NCBI GenBank assembly: GCA_963750165.1
Contig: CAVVPN010000011.1
Location: 1,280,001-1,344,000, forward strand
Origin: an uncultured Gemmataceae bacterium
Lineage (GTDB): Bacteria; Planctomycetota; Planctomycetia; Gemmatales; Gemmataceae
Direction: 5' to 3'
Length of the DNA: 64,000 nt
Each line of letters begins with the position of its first letter. Within the stretch, counting starts at the first letter, position 1. Positions 28,177 to 38,840 of this stretch are shown here, piece after piece. The position numbers were made by a program, and so were the translations under genes. The notes below the pieces were generated by a model. It saw nothing but the letters and a program-made list of their open reading frames with translations. It made no database searches and had not been told where the DNA came from.

Positions 28177-29114
28177 ATACTCCACGCGCAGCAAACAGTA
28201 CAACCACACGGACCCGACGACCTCCAGGCTCAGGGCCGCGCCGAGGCGCGCAGGCCGCCCGCGCTGTCGAAGAAGCGCTGGACGAACTCCGGCTGCCACA
28301 GCGCGTAGCCGAGGAACAACAGCGGCGCCGCCGAGGCCACGAACAGCGCCGTGATGCGCCCCAGTGCCGTCGCCGCCCGGAAATAGCCGCGGAACAGGTT
28401 GCGGTCGCGCGTCGTCGCCGCCACGCGGTCCAGCAGCATCGTCAGGTTGCCGCCCATTGTCCGGTGCAGGGTCACCACCGTCACAAAGATGTCGAAGTCC
28501 ACCAGCTGCAGGCGCCGGGCCATGCCCTGCAGGGCCACCGGTACCGTCAGGCCGAGCTTGATCTGCTCGACGCTGCGGCGAAATTCTTCCGCCACCGGTG
28601 GATTGCCGTGCTCCGCCACCGTCTCCAGGGCCTGTTCCAGACTGAGACCGGCCCGCAGCGAACGGGCCACCAGGAAATAGGTGTCCGGCAGCAGCGCCTG
28701 GATGCGCTGGCGCCAGCGCGCCTGCAGGATCACGTAGACCAGCAGGGGCCCGGCAACGCCAACCACGACCGCCAGACCGATCAGCCCCGGATCCTCGCGC
28801 CACAGCAGCATGGCCCCGGCCAGCAGGACCGCGAGCACCGCCATCAGGCCGAGCGCCTGCGCCGGCGTCCAGCCCAGGCCGGTGCGCTGGATGAGGCGTT
28901 GAAACCCCTGATCGAGGCGCTTGCGCAGGCCGGCCGGCGGTCGCGGCTCGGTGGCGTCGGCGAACATTGGCGCGGCCTGCGCGGCGGTGTCGCTGTCCAG
29001 GCGGCGCCGCCAGAACGCCCGCCGTTGCTCCACGACGCCGCGGACCAGCACGAACAGCGCCAGCAGCAGCACCGCCGTGGCGGCCGTCAGTAGCGCGGGC
29101 AGGAACTCGGTCAT
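28174..29114 (-). CDS. tadB: Tad pilus assembly protein TadB (frameshift near 28247)
   Basis: LPDTYFLVARSLRAGLSL, GGNLTMLLDRVA; last TM segment lies in a second frame. Confidence 0.85.
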
Positions 29115-29140
29115 GGTCGCTTGCCTCCAACGCCTCTTCG

Positions 29141-29190
29141 TTCTGCCGCTTGCGGCCTAGCGCGCTTGCGCCAGGCCGCAAGCGGCAGAA
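29141..29190. repeat. REP-like palindrome (same family as 2754-2802)
   Basis: TTCTGCCGCTTGCGGCCT...AGGCCGCAAGCGGCAGAA. Confidence 0.85.
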
Positions 29191-29192
29191 AG

Positions 29193-30578
29193 TCAGATTT
29201 CCCCTTCCTCCGCGTCCGGCTCGATCACGCGCACGTCCACGTCGTTTTCCGCCAACACGTCCGGGCCGGCCACTGGCAACGCGCGCGCGCAGAACAACTC
29301 GGGCGCCAGGTCGATGCCGACCGCGTGCAGTCGTCCCAGGCACTCCGGCACCACGCCGGTCGCGTGGAACTCACCGACCGCCTGGCCGTGCTGCACCCCC
29401 GTCTGGCGGAAGACGAACAGGTCGCGCACGACATAGCTGCGCCGCTTGCGCAGGCCCACCAGCTCCGAGACACGCATCAGTTTCCGGCGGCCGCCCTTGA
29501 GCCGGGCCAGCTGGATGACGATGCGCAGCGCCGAACTGATGTAGTGGCGAATGACCGGCATCGGCATCTCGAAGCCAGCCATCGTCACCATCATCTCCAG
29601 GCGGTTCAGCGCGTCGCGCGTGTCGTTGGCGTGGATGGTAGTCAGCGAACCTTCGTGGCCGGTGTTCATGGCTTGCAGCATGTCCAGCGCTTCCGCCCCG
29701 CGCACCTCGCCGACAATGATGCGATCCGGCCGCATGCGCAGCGCGTTCCGCACCAGGTCGCGCTGGGTGTAGGCGCCGACGCCCTCCATGTTCGGCAGCC
29801 GCGTCTCCAGGCGGACGACGTGCTTCTGCTGGATGCGCAATTCGGCCGAGTCCTCGATGGTCACCAGGCGTTCGTCGTGCGGGATGAAGCGCGACAGCGT
29901 GTTCAGGAAGGTCGTCTTGCCGGCGCCGGTGCCGCCGGAGATCAGCACATTCTGGCGGGCCTCGACGGCGGCGCGGAGGAAGTCGAGCACTGGTCGCGGC
30001 AGGGTGCCATTGGCCAGCAGGTCCTCCGCGTTCAGCTGGACGCCGAAACGGCGGATGGAGAGCACCGGGCCGTCCAGCGACAGCGGCGGAATGATGGCGT
30101 TGACGCGGCTGCCGTCCGGCAGGCGGGCGTCCACCAGCGGCGAGGACTCATCGACGCGCCGGCCAACGCGGGCGGTGATGCGCTGAATGATCTGGATGAG
30201 GTGGGCGTTGTCCGCGAACACCACCGGCGTCGAATGCAAGCGGCCGTGGCGCTCGATGTAGACCGTGCCGGCGCCGTTGACGAGGATGTCGCTGACGGTC
30301 GGATCGTTCATGAATGCTTCGAGCGGGCCGAGGCCGAACGCCTCGTTCATGATCTCCTCGACCAGCCGCTCACGCTCGACCTCGTTTAGCAGTTCGGGGC
30401 TGTTCTGGGCCAGCTGTCCGGCCAGGCCGCGGACCTCGCGGCGCAGTCGTTCGGACTTCACCTGGTCGAGACGGGAAATATCCAGCATTTCGACCAGCTG
30501 GCGGTGGATGTCCGCCTTGAGCTGCTGGAAGCGCTGGGCGGACGACGATGTCTCGGTGGCGGACTTGAATGCCTTCAT
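29193..30578 (-). CDS. tadA: Tad ATPase CpaF/TadA
   Basis: [33 protein letters not shown]. Confidence 0.95.
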   Translation of the reverse strand: MKAFKSATETSSSAQRFQQLKADIHRQLVEMLDISRLDQVKSERLRREVRGLAGQLAQNSPELLNEVERERLVEEIMNEAFGLGPLEAFMNDPTVSDILVNGAGTVYIERHGRLHSTPVVFADNAHLIQIIQRITARVGRRVDESSPLVDARLPDGSRVNAIIPPLSLDGPVLSIRRFGVQLNAEDLLANGTLPRPVLDFLRAAVEARQNVLISGGTGAGKTTFLNTLSRFIPHDERLVTIEDSAELRIQQKHVVRLETRLPNMEGVGAYTQRDLVRNALRMRPDRIIVGEVRGAEALDMLQAMNTGHEGSLTTIHANDTRDALNRLEMMVTMAGFEMPMPVIRHYISSALRIVIQLARLKGGRRKLMRVSELVGLRKRRSYVVRDLFVFRQTGVQHGQAVGEFHATGVVPECLGRLHAVGIDLAPELFCARALPVAGPDVLAENDVDVRVIEPDAEEGEI

Positions 30579-30600
30579 GGCGCGGTCCCTCTCATGGTGA

Positions 30601-30664
30601 GGCGAACGGGAGCGTCAGCCCCCTGTTGGTTCGCGAGAACAGAGGGCTGACGCCCCCGCTCGCC
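30601..30664. repeat. REPIN (GCGTCAG family)
   Basis: GGCGAACGGGAGCGTCAGCCC...GGGCTGACGCCCCCGCTCGCC. Confidence 0.8.
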
Positions 30665-30673
30665 GGGAATCGG

Positions 30674-31795
30674 TCAGCCCGCCCGGTTCTTGGGCAGGCC
30701 GTTGAGCCGGCCAGCCAGGCCGGCGAAGCTGCGCGTGATCGACGCCCGCCGGGCGGTGGCGATCAGCGGTTGGCCCTGGTTGAGGGCCTGGTTCACGCAT
30801 CCCGGGTCATCGGGGATCCACTCGGCGATGGGCAGCCCCAGCGCCTCCTGGGCCTTTTTCCAGGGAAATTGCTTGCGCTGACCGTAGCGGTTGGCAGCCA
30901 GGTGCAGTTTGCTGCGCGGCACGCCCTGCTCTTCCAGCTGCCGGATGAACTGCCGGCTCAGGCGCACCGAGGGCACGTCGAGGCGCACGACCAGCACCAC
31001 GCGATCAGCCAGGCGCAGCGCCTCCAGGTGGCTCGGCTCGATGCCGTGGCCGAGGTCCGCGACCGTATACGCGAACATGCTGCGCAGCAGCGCCAGCATC
31101 GCGCGCATGGCCGGCGGCTCGACGCGCACCGGCCGCAGCGTTTCGGGCTGGTAGGCCAGCACACTCAGCCGGGCCGGGTGCTCGACCAGGGCGCGGCGCA
31201 TCAGCGCGGCGTCGAGACGGTCCCAGGCGGCGGCCAGATCGGCGAAGCTGTGTTGCGGCAGCAGGTCGAGGTCAAGGGCCAGTTCCGGCACACCGCCGCC
31301 CAGTTCGGCCAGCACGACATGACCGGGTGACTCGGCCGCCAGCGCGAACGCGACGTTGCCTGCCACGGTGGTGACGCCGACGCCCGGCAACGCCCCGGTG
31401 ACAGCGAGGATCTTGCCCCATCGCATCGGCGCGGCGCCGATCAGGTGAAGCTTGCTCAGGGCGGCCAGCAACTCCGTGTGCAGGTCGTCCTCATGGAGAA
31501 ACTCGCGCGCCCCGCTGCGGAGCACCTGCAGGATTTGCTGCGAATCGGAGGACAGGCCGACGGCGAAGACGGGCGCCTTGATCTGCCCCACAGCGCGCTC
31601 GATGATCGGCAGGCCGCGCTGCAACTCCGTCCCCAGGCCGACGAGCACCAACTCGGCGGGCGCCTGCGCCAGGCGCTCCGGCAACTCCGCGAAGGAGACG
31701 CAATCCTCGGTGCCGCACTCCAGCCCGGTGCCGAGCACCGCTTGCCGCAACCGCTCCCGCAACACGCCAGCTTCTCTGGCGATGACCACACGCAT
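30674..31795 (-). CDS. cpaE: CpaE/TadZ receiver-like plus MinD-type ATPase
   Basis: Degenerate receiver (LRSGAREFL); deviant Walker A GALPGVGVTT. Confidence 0.85.
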   Translation of the reverse strand: MRVVIAREAGVLRERLRQAVLGTGLECGTEDCVSFAELPERLAQAPAELVLVGLGTELQRGLPIIERAVGQIKAPVFAVGLSSDSQQILQVLRSGAREFLHEDDLHTELLAALSKLHLIGAAPMRWGKILAVTGALPGVGVTTVAGNVAFALAAESPGHVVLAELGGGVPELALDLDLLPQHSFADLAAAWDRLDAALMRRALVEHPARLSVLAYQPETLRPVRVEPPAMRAMLALLRSMFAYTVADLGHGIEPSHLEALRLADRVVLVVRLDVPSVRLSRQFIRQLEEQGVPRSKLHLAANRYGQRKQFPWKKAQEALGLPIAEWIPDDPGCVNQALNQGQPLIATARRASITRSFAGLAGRLNGLPKNRAG

Positions 31796-31856
31796 GAACC
31801 ATCCTCCTGGCTTCTTCCCCCCTCGCCCCCTTGCAGGGGAGAGGGGAGTATGTTTC

Positions 31857-33110
31857 TCACTCCACGAACCGCACCTTGCAGACATACGGGTTGAGTACCG
31901 GCACGCCGCCGACGCCGCGCCGCGTGTAGTCCGTGACCGCCGTGGCCGTGGACAGCATCGTCGGTTGCAGCGTGAAGGTCAGCGGCTGGCCGGCCGTCAC
32001 GGGATTCACGCTCGCCACACGCGCCGCCACGAAACCGCACACCAGCGAGTTGCCGCCGGCCGTGTCGTAGCCGCTTTGCAGCGGCCAGATGCGCGCCTGG
32101 CCGCTCTGCTGCAGCTGACTGAGGGCGTTGTACAGCGTCGTCAGATCGCCGCTCGGGTTGGCCGAGCCGACCTGATTGGCCTGCACCGCCAGCTGGTTGT
32201 TGGCGGCGCCGAGCACGAAGCTGCCACCCAGGGCCGTCAGCTGCTCCGCGGTCACGCCCGTTTGCAGCTGACCACTCAGGTCAGTCACGTTACTGGTGCC
32301 GATCATCAGCAAATGCACGTTTCCCATGCTCACCTGACTGGCATCGGTTGGCACCACCGCCTGGAACTCGTAGAGGCCATCGGTCCCGCTCGTGAACTGC
32401 AGCGTCGTCGGGTTCCAGGTAAACAGGTCCTGACCCTTTCTGCTTTCGACCTGATACTGCCACGACCTTGAATCGGCCGCAGTGTAATCGGCAAACAGCG
32501 CCAGCGGCGCCAGCAGCAGCGGTGGCGTGCCCAGCGGCACGAAGCCGATCACGTCCCGGTCGAGCATCACGGTGGACGCGGTCTGCACCGCCGCACTGCC
32601 GTTGCCGAGCAGCTGACCAAAGGTCAGGACCGGCGCGTTACCGCGATCCTGGGAAAGCACGCCACGCACGCGCACCGCGTTCACCAGCGGCAGCAGTGTC
32701 ACCGTCGGGTTGTTGACGTTGATGACCGCGGTGAACTGTTTGCTCTGCGCGTTATCGACCATACCGAACACGATGTCGCCGTCGGCGGCGTTCGTTGGGT
32801 TCGGGTTGAGGTAGTAGGGCTGACCGTTGACCTGGTTCAGCTGCGCGAAGGTGTTCGCCTCGGCGCTGGCGGTGGCGATCAGCGAGGTGAGCCTGCTGAG
32901 GTCGTTGCGGAGCAGGTCGTCACTGACGAGCGTCGCCGCGGCGGCGTCGCAGGCGGCGTCTGTGGCGCCCTGCAACTCGACGCGCACCGTCCAGAGGCGG
33001 GTCAGGTTGACCGCCACGGCGAAGGCCGTCAACAGCAAAGTCAACCCGACGAGCAGAAACAGGGTGACATTGCCGCAGCGGCGTATCAGGGGTGGGTGAG
33101 TGGGGTGCAT
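31857..33110 (-). CDS. tadG: TadG-like pilus assembly protein
   Basis: Pilin-like N-terminal helix, ELQGATDAACDAAA; position in the locus. Confidence 0.75.
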   Translation of the reverse strand: MHPTHPPLIRRCGNVTLFLLVGLTLLLTAFAVAVNLTRLWTVRVELQGATDAACDAAAATLVSDDLLRNDLSRLTSLIATASAEANTFAQLNQVNGQPYYLNPNPTNAADGDIVFGMVDNAQSKQFTAVINVNNPTVTLLPLVNAVRVRGVLSQDRGNAPVLTFGQLLGNGSAAVQTASTVMLDRDVIGFVPLGTPPLLLAPLALFADYTAADSRSWQYQVESRKGQDLFTWNPTTLQFTSGTDGLYEFQAVVPTDASQVSMGNVHLLMIGTSNVTDLSGQLQTGVTAEQLTALGGSFVLGAANNQLAVQANQVGSANPSGDLTTLYNALSQLQQSGQARIWPLQSGYDTAGGNSLVCGFVAARVASVNPVTAGQPLTFTLQPTMLSTATAVTDYTRRGVGGVPVLNPYVCKVRFVE

Positions 33111-33129
33111 CCTTGCCCTTGCTTTCTGG

Positions 33130-33188
33130 TCAGAGCCCGAGCGCCAGCGCGGGGCCAGCACTGCTCCGCGCTGGCGCTCGGGCTCCGA
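33130..33188. repeat. REP-like palindrome
   Basis: TCAGAGCCCGAGCGCCAGCGCGG...CCGCGCTGGCGCTCGGGCTCCGA. Confidence 0.85.
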
Positions 33189-33218
33189 ACCACCACGACA
33201 ATTCATGGCGATCTGGTA

Positions 33219-34363
33219 TCAACCGCCCGCGGCCTTCTTCTTCTCGGCACAGGTCGGGCAACTGTTCGGGTCCGCGAACTGGATCTCCGGGGCCGCCTGC
33301 GCGGCGGGGGGCTGCACGGGGGCGACGAAGCCCCGTCGGTTGGCCGTCGGCACCGGCGTACCGTCGGCGTTGAACACCGCTGGCGGGAAGCGCTGTAGCC
33401 CGGCGAAGCGCTCGATGTTGGCCGTGGGCAGCGGCGGCGCCTTGGTCGGGGCTGGCTGGATGTCGAAGATGCGCATCAGGTCACGCACGCTCACCACCAG
33501 TTCGCCGCGGTTGTAGGAGTTCACACGACTGTCCTCGGCGTCTGCCTCGGGGTGGCCAGCCTGGGCGAAGCTCACCAGGTACTCGTCCGCCGGCCCCTCC
33601 AGCATGGCGCTGCGCTGCGCTTCCAACTTCTTCTGCTCGCTGGCCGGCAGCGGCGCCAGCGTCAGCCTGCCCTTTGCCCAGGCAGAAGTCCAGCAGCGCC
33701 GCGCGGTAGGGGTTGACCTCCAGAGTGTAGTTGACCGGCTTGTCCTCTGGCAGCGGCGCGTACACCGGCCAGAGGGTGTTGCGCTTGGCGACGATGCGCA
33801 CGTGCGGCACCACGCAGGCGGTGCGGATGGCGCTGACGCCCTGCTTGGGATTGACGCTCGTGGTCAGCAACACGTCCACCCATTCGCCGACCTGGATCAG
33901 GCCGCCGGCCGAGCGCTCCTTGAGCAGCGACAGGTTGACCGCCCGCATGCCCGGCAGCAACCGCGTGTTCAGCGCCGCGGGCTTGGCCAGCTCCTTCAAC
34001 ATGCTCTTGAGGATGGGCTGGTCGGCTTCAATGTTTCGGTCGGCGATGCGCAGCGATGCAGGCTGACGGCAGTGCCGGCAGGTAGTCGTCCTTGTGCTCC
34101 TTGTAGTAATCGAACTCCTCGGGCCGCAGATTGCGGACGCGCACGTAGCCCGAGTCGATCAGGTCGCCGGCGAACAGGTTCTTGGCCGCGATCAGTACGG
34201 GGATTTCCTGCTTTTTCAGGGCGGGCTCGGGGTCTTTTTTCTGGGCGTTGAAGTAACCCGACATGCGGGCGGCGACGGCCACGCCCAGGCCGATCAGCAC
34301 AGCAATGACCAGAGCAAACAAGGTACTGGCTCTCACGGGTGCGGCTCCTTCGGTGCGGCTCAT
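33219..34363 (-). CDS. cpaB: Flp pilus assembly protein CpaB/RcpC (two frameshifts, near 34055 and 33668)
   Basis: VLIAAKNL (SAF-like), RLLPGMRAVNL...GGLIQVGEWVDVLL; spread over three ORFs. Confidence 0.8.
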
Positions 34364-34392
34364 GGGACAGGCTGGAAGTCTGCCTCACGAAT

Positions 34393-34818
34393 TTATTCTT
34401 TCCTCATGACAGTCTGAGCGATGGTCACGTCGTTCCCCAGGGTGAAGCCGAACGGGGCGAGCAGGTCCGGCACCACCTGGGCAGTTGGCAGGCTGACGGT
34501 GACCGAGACAGCGGCACCGCTCGGCAGTGGCATTCCCTGGGAGTCCGTCAGCACGCTGTCCACCTGGGCGTTCGCCAGTGCGCCGGTGCCGAGGAACTGG
34601 CTGACGGCAAGCTGGACCTGGGTCGCGTCACCGCCCAGGGCCGCGACACGGGCGCCCTCGCGGCTGGCCGTTTGCAGCTGCTGGCGGACCAGGAGCAACG
34701 TGCTGAACTCGATGGTGGCGAACACCACCGCCAGCAGCAGTGGCAACACCATCAGCAGCTCCGACGCCAGCAACGAACCGGGCCGGCGAACACAACGGTT
34801 GTAAGGGTTAATGCGCAT
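34393..34818 (-). CDS. tadE: TadE/TadG pseudopilin
   Basis: RRPG-SLLASELLMVLPLLL...ASREGARVAA; ends MRKE. Confidence 0.88.
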   Translation of the reverse strand: MRINPYNRCVRRPGSLLASELLMVLPLLLAVVFATIEFSTLLLVRQQLQTASREGARVAALGGDATQVQLAVSQFLGTGALANAQVDSVLTDSQGMPLPSGAAVSVTVSLPTAQVVPDLLAPFGFTLGNDVTIAQTVMRKE

Positions 34819-35461
34819 GGGCGTGCTCCCTGGGGGTGTCCTGGACCGGGTTGGTCGCCAGGCGCAGATCGACCCGGAACGACCACGGCAGCACCAGCGC
34901 AGCAGCAATCATCAGCGGCAGGGCGAAACCGAGGGCGCGCTTGCGCGGGACGTGGCCGGGGCGGCGCGGCCGTTGTCCGGTGTTCATGATTTTGCGGAAA
35001 GCTTTCCAGTCGCCGCTGAACAGCTGCAGGACCAGACGGCCCAGCAGGAAGCAGAACACCACGGCCAGCGTGGCGAGCAGCACGCGCAGCGTCAGGGCGG
35101 GACCGACCCAGGCACCGACCGCGGCGAACAGTTTCACGTCGCCGCCGCCGCAGATGCCCAGGATCCACATCAGGAAGAACAAACCGAACGCGACGGCGAA
35201 GCCGAGGAGGGCGAACAGCAGTCCGTCGAGAGCGCCGACCACGGGGCCGTTGTCGCCCAGCAACCAGGTGGGTTGACCTGCAGCTGCCAGCCAGACGCCG
35301 CGCACGACGTTGAACAGCAGTCCCAGGCCCAGGGCGGGCACGGTCAGCCATTTGGGAACGACCAGTTCCCGAAGATCATTCCAGGCAGCGGCCAGCAGGA
35401 CGCCGAACAGGGCGGCCAGGTACGTCCAACCGAACAGCGGATCGGGGAAGAAGGCGGGCAT
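34808..35461 (-). CDS. cpaA: A24 prepilin peptidase CpaA/TadV
   Basis: AAWNDLR..VPKWL, GGGDVKLFAAVGAW, GFALP. Confidence 0.9.
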   Translation of the reverse strand: MPAFFPDPLFGWTYLAALFGVLLAAAWNDLRELVVPKWLTVPALGLGLLFNVVRGVWLAAAGQPTWLLGDNGPVVGALDGLLFALLGFAVAFGLFFLMWILGICGGGDVKLFAAVGAWVGPALTLRVLLATLAVVFCFLLGRLVLQLFSGDWKAFRKIMNTGQRPRRPGHVPRKRALGFALPLMIAAALVLPWSFRVDLRLATNPVQDTPREHAHAH

Positions 35462-35596
35462 GAGGCTGTTCCTCGCGCGGCTAGTGCTTCTTTCCTCCCC
35501 TATCGGTGAAACCCCGGATGAACCTGAAACAATGCAAGCTGGCGAAGATAACTTTGACGGGGCAACCGACCAGCTGTGCGGGCCGACGCGAAGAAT

Positions 35597-35628
35597 CGCG
35601 GATCCCGGACGCGCTTCCGGGATCCGCG
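35597..35628 (-). terminator. Hairpin downstream of pilin 1
   Basis: 13-bp stem CGCGGATCCCGGA/TCCGGGATCCGCG followed by ATTCTT on the minus strand. Confidence 0.5.
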
Positions 35629-35680
35629 GGCCAGCCGAGGTGCGCAGCGGTGATCGGTTACGATGGCGAGCAAATTCAGG

Positions 35681-35998
35681 TTACTGACAAGGAACGATGT
35701 CGATGTTGGACGGGATGGACGGGGCCACGCACACCGGCGGCGTCACCAGTTCCGGGATGTCAATGGCTTGCGAGCCGTCTGTGATGGCACAGCAGCCGCT
35801 CTGGCCGGAGACGATGTACCCCTGGCTGAGGGCCAGGTAGGCGTTGGCCAGCTCGGACAGCTCCACGTTGATGGCATCGCGGACGGCCGACAGGCCGACG
35901 ACGGTGCCGATCACCAGGATGGTGGCGACGAACAGGTACTCGGCCGCGATCAAGGCGCCACGGTCATCCCGCCACAAATTTCCCATCAGGCGTTGCAT
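35681..35998 (-). CDS. Flp-type pilin with C-terminal extension
   Basis: LWRDDRG-ALIAAEYLFVATILVIGTVVGL. Confidence 0.85.
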   Translation of the reverse strand: MQRLMGNLWRDDRGALIAAEYLFVATILVIGTVVGLSAVRDAINVELSELANAYLALSQGYIVSGQSGCCAITDGSQAIDIPELVTPPVCVAPSIPSNIDIVPCQ

Positions 35999-36279
35999 TG
36001 GATACGATCCTCCCACAGGGAAACCCAAGAGCGTTCCACTCGACTTGCACTTGACGCGAGCAAGTAAAGGAAGGGTGCGAGCAAACACTCGTATCGGGTC
36101 CGTCAAACCAGGCTCGATTATGTGGTGGGAGGGGCTAATAGCTCAATACAAATCATTGCGCTATAAGAACTTCCTAGTTTAACACGTCGTTACAGTCGTG
36201 CTGTATGGAGTAACCACTACGAACGGTAAAACTGATGAGGTCGCTAAGGAAACGACAGACGGGAAGGGAGCTGGGATAC

Positions 36280-36314
36280 AAAAAGAGGGAGTCCGCCCAC
36301 AGGCGGACTCCCTC
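36280..36314 (-). terminator. Rho-independent terminator after pilin 2
   Basis: GAGGGAGTCCGCC/GGCGGACTCCCTC stem plus TTTTT on the minus strand. Confidence 0.85.
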
Positions 36315-36361
36315 ACTCGGGCACGGTTGGCGGTACGCGTTCGATCAAGCCCACGAACGTT

Positions 36362-36670
36362 TCACGGCGCCACATCAATGCTCGAGGGATTGGACGGGGG
36401 AACCAGGACGGGCGGTTGGAGTGATCCCGGACTGTCGGAGGCCTGGGAGCCACTGGTCTGGCCGCCGCCACCGCTCTGGCCGGAGACGGAGAAGCCCTGG
36501 CTCAACACGAGCAGCGCGTTGCCCAGCTCCGTCAACTCCACGTTGACGGCATAGCGCAGACCGGTCAGGCCGACGACGGTGCCGATCACCAGGATGGTGG
36601 AGATGAACAGGTATTCTGTGGCAATCAGGGCGCCGCCGTCATCGTTCCACAAGCGTTGCAGGATGCGCAT
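36362..36670 (-). CDS. Flp-type pilin with C-terminal extension
   Basis: LWNDDGG-ALIATEYLFISTILVIGTVVGL; paralog of 35681-35998. Confidence 0.85.
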   Translation of the reverse strand: MRILQRLWNDDGGALIATEYLFISTILVIGTVVGLTGLRYAVNVELTELGNALLVLSQGFSVSGQSGGGGQTSGSQASDSPGSLQPPVLVPPSNPSSIDVAP

Positions 36671-36983
36671 TGGAGGAGGTCGCCTTTCTGGAAGGGGTGC
36701 CGAATCGTCCTGCTTCTAATTGTCGGGCCGGCGCGCGGCAGCGTGAGCCAACGGCAGGGCGCCGACCGCGCTGTCTGTCGCCGCGCGTCCGGGGACAGGG
36801 GCTGACCGGAGCGGAGCAATTTTGCTGGCGATTTCCTGTCGGCGGAGCGGGGCGGCGTTGTGGGTCGTGCGCGGCGCCGCGGCCGGAACACCACGGGTTT
36901 CCTCGGGTTTGGCCCAGGCCCGCGGCCGCCGTGGTCGATGTTACTTTCCAGCGCCTGTCAACACTCCCGCCAGAGCCATCCCC

Positions 36984-38840
36984 ATGAACAACCCCACGCA
37001 ACCAACCGACGCAGCCGTTCCGCCGGAAGACAGTCTCCTCATCGGCGCCGGCCTTGACTTCAGCGACCCGAACTCACCACTGGCCCGGTTCTACCTGCGT
37101 CCCATCCACGTGGCGGTGGCGGCAGTGTTCGGCCTGGTGTTCGTGCTGCTCAACCATGTGCCGCTGTGGCACACGGACGTCTGGGGCCACCTGAAATTCG
37201 GCGAATGGACGGTGCAGCACAGCCGTCTGCCGGACGACGATCCCTTCTGCCCCTTCGCGGACCCGGAGGCGCCGGCCCTGCATTACAGCTGGCTGAGCCA
37301 GTGCGTTTTCTACCTGGTCTTCCATGCGGGCGCGACGCTGGCGGACGGCGACGCGCTGCGGCAGCTGGCGGGCGGTGCCGACGCGCTGCGGTTCTTCCTG
37401 GCGCTGGTGGTGCTGCTGCGCTGCGGGCTGCTGCTGGCGGCGTTCCGGCGGGCGGGCGGTTCGCTGCCGGTGGTGCTGACGGGCATGGGTGTGTTCCTGC
37501 TGCTCAACGCGGGCAATCTCGCGGTGCTGCGGCCGCAGGTGCTCGGCGAGGTCTGCTTCGCGGCCGTGCTGCTGGCGCTGAGTGGCCCGGTCCTGTCGCG
37601 GCGCGCCGCCGCTGGCCTGGTGCTGCTGTTCTGCGTGTGGGCCAACCTGCACAGTTCCTTTGTCGCCGGCCTGCTGCTGGTGCTGGTGTTCCTGCTCGGC
37701 CGCGCTGCCGAGACGTGGTGGGCTGACGGGCTGCGCTGGCGCGGGGTGGCGGCGGACGCCAGGGTGCGGCGGCTGGCCCTGGTGCTGGCCGTGAGCCTCG
37801 CGGCGGTAGCGGTGGTCAACCCGGACGGGCCGGGGGTGTACTGGAACATCCTGCGGATGGGCACGCACCCGAACGTGCTGGACATGGACGAATGGCAGCC
37901 GTTGACGTTTCACCTGGGCGGCGGCGGTCACTGGGCTTATCTCGGCACCTGGGCGCTGGTGGTGGGGGCGGCGGTGTGGCGACGGCGCGGGTTCTCCGCC
38001 ACGCTGGTGCTGCTGGTGCTGGTGTTCGGCCTGCAGCCGCTGCGCCACCAGCGCATGCTCGTGTGGTGGCTGATGGTGGCGCCGTGGGTGGCGATAGTGA
38101 TTGCGGCCCACGGCCGGTCAGCGGCGCCGGCGGCCGCAGCCGGCTGGCGCTTGCCCAGCCTGCGAAAAACGGTCCTGGTCGCCTTGCTCATTACCGTGGC
38201 GGTGCTGTGGTCGATCCCGGTACAGGACGCCCTCTCCGGCCAGCCAACGCCGTTGCGTCTCAGCGTCTCCGCAGCGACGCCGTGGCAGGTGGCCGCCCAG
38301 CTAACCGCGGCCACGCCCCGCGAACCAGCCGCGCCGCTGCCGGAGCTGCGGGCGCTGCTGGCCGCGAACTACCCGGGCGGCCGCTTCACCGGCACGGTGT
38401 TCGCCAGTGAGACGCTGGGCGACTTCTTCTACTGGGACCTCGGGGCGGACACGCCGGTGTTCATCTACACCCACGTCCATCTGTTTACTCCACGACACTG
38501 GCAGGAGTGCCGGACGGTGCGTTACGGTCTGGCGGGTTGGCGGCAGGTGCTGGACCGCTACGGGGCCAACCTGGTCGTGGTGGAAGCGGATCGGCACGCC
38601 CGGCTGCGCGCCCTGCTGCGGCAGGACGCGGACTGGGCGGTCGTGCTCGACGAGACTGATTCGCCGAGTAAACCGGACAGCCGCGGCCGGCTGCTGGTGG
38701 CCCTGCGCAAGCGGCCGCTGCGTCGCCCTACCCCTCCCTGGGCTCAGCCAAGTGGCCGTTTCCCCATGAATGGCTACGCTAACCCTCAGTCGTCTGACGC
38801 TGAATCGGCCATCCTCTTCCCCGGGAGTCCGCACCCGTGA
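36984..38840 (+). CDS. Polytopic membrane protein, GT-C glycosyltransferase-like
   Basis: About 11 TM segments; HTDVWGHLKFGEW in the first loop, LRPQ, WANLHSSF, EWQP. Confidence 0.6.
   Translation: MNNPTQPTDAAVPPEDSLLIGAGLDFSDPNSPLARFYLRPIHVAVAAVFGLVFVLLNHVPLWHTDVWGHLKFGEWTVQHSRLPDDDPFCPFADPEAPALHYSWLSQCVFYLVFHAGATLADGDALRQLAGGADALRFFLALVVLLRCGLLLAAFRRAGGSLPVVLTGMGVFLLLNAGNLAVLRPQVLGEVCFAAVLLALSGPVLSRRAAAGLVLLFCVWANLHSSFVAGLLLVLVFLLGRAAETWWADGLRWRGVAADARVRRLALVLAVSLAAVAVVNPDGPGVYWNILRMGTHPNVLDMDEWQPLTFHLGGGGHWAYLGTWALVVGAAVWRRRGFSATLVLLVLVFGLQPLRHQRMLVWWLMVAPWVAIVIAAHGRSAAPAAAAGWRLPSLRKTVLVALLITVAVLWSIPVQDALSGQPTPLRLSVSAATPWQVAAQLTAATPREPAAPLPELRALLAANYPGGRFTGTVFASETLGDFFYWDLGADTPVFIYTHVHLFTPRHWQECRTVRYGLAGWRQVLDRYGANLVVVEADRHARLRALLRQDADWAVVLDETDSPSKPDSRGRLLVALRKRPLRRPTPPWAQPSGRFPMNGYANPQSSDAESAILFPGSPHP

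Noticed and set aside
36700..36930. Possible c-di-GMP riboswitch upstream of the pilin
   Set aside because: Only GGCCAAACC...GAAA matches; the second stem and the GACGCAAAGC element are absent.
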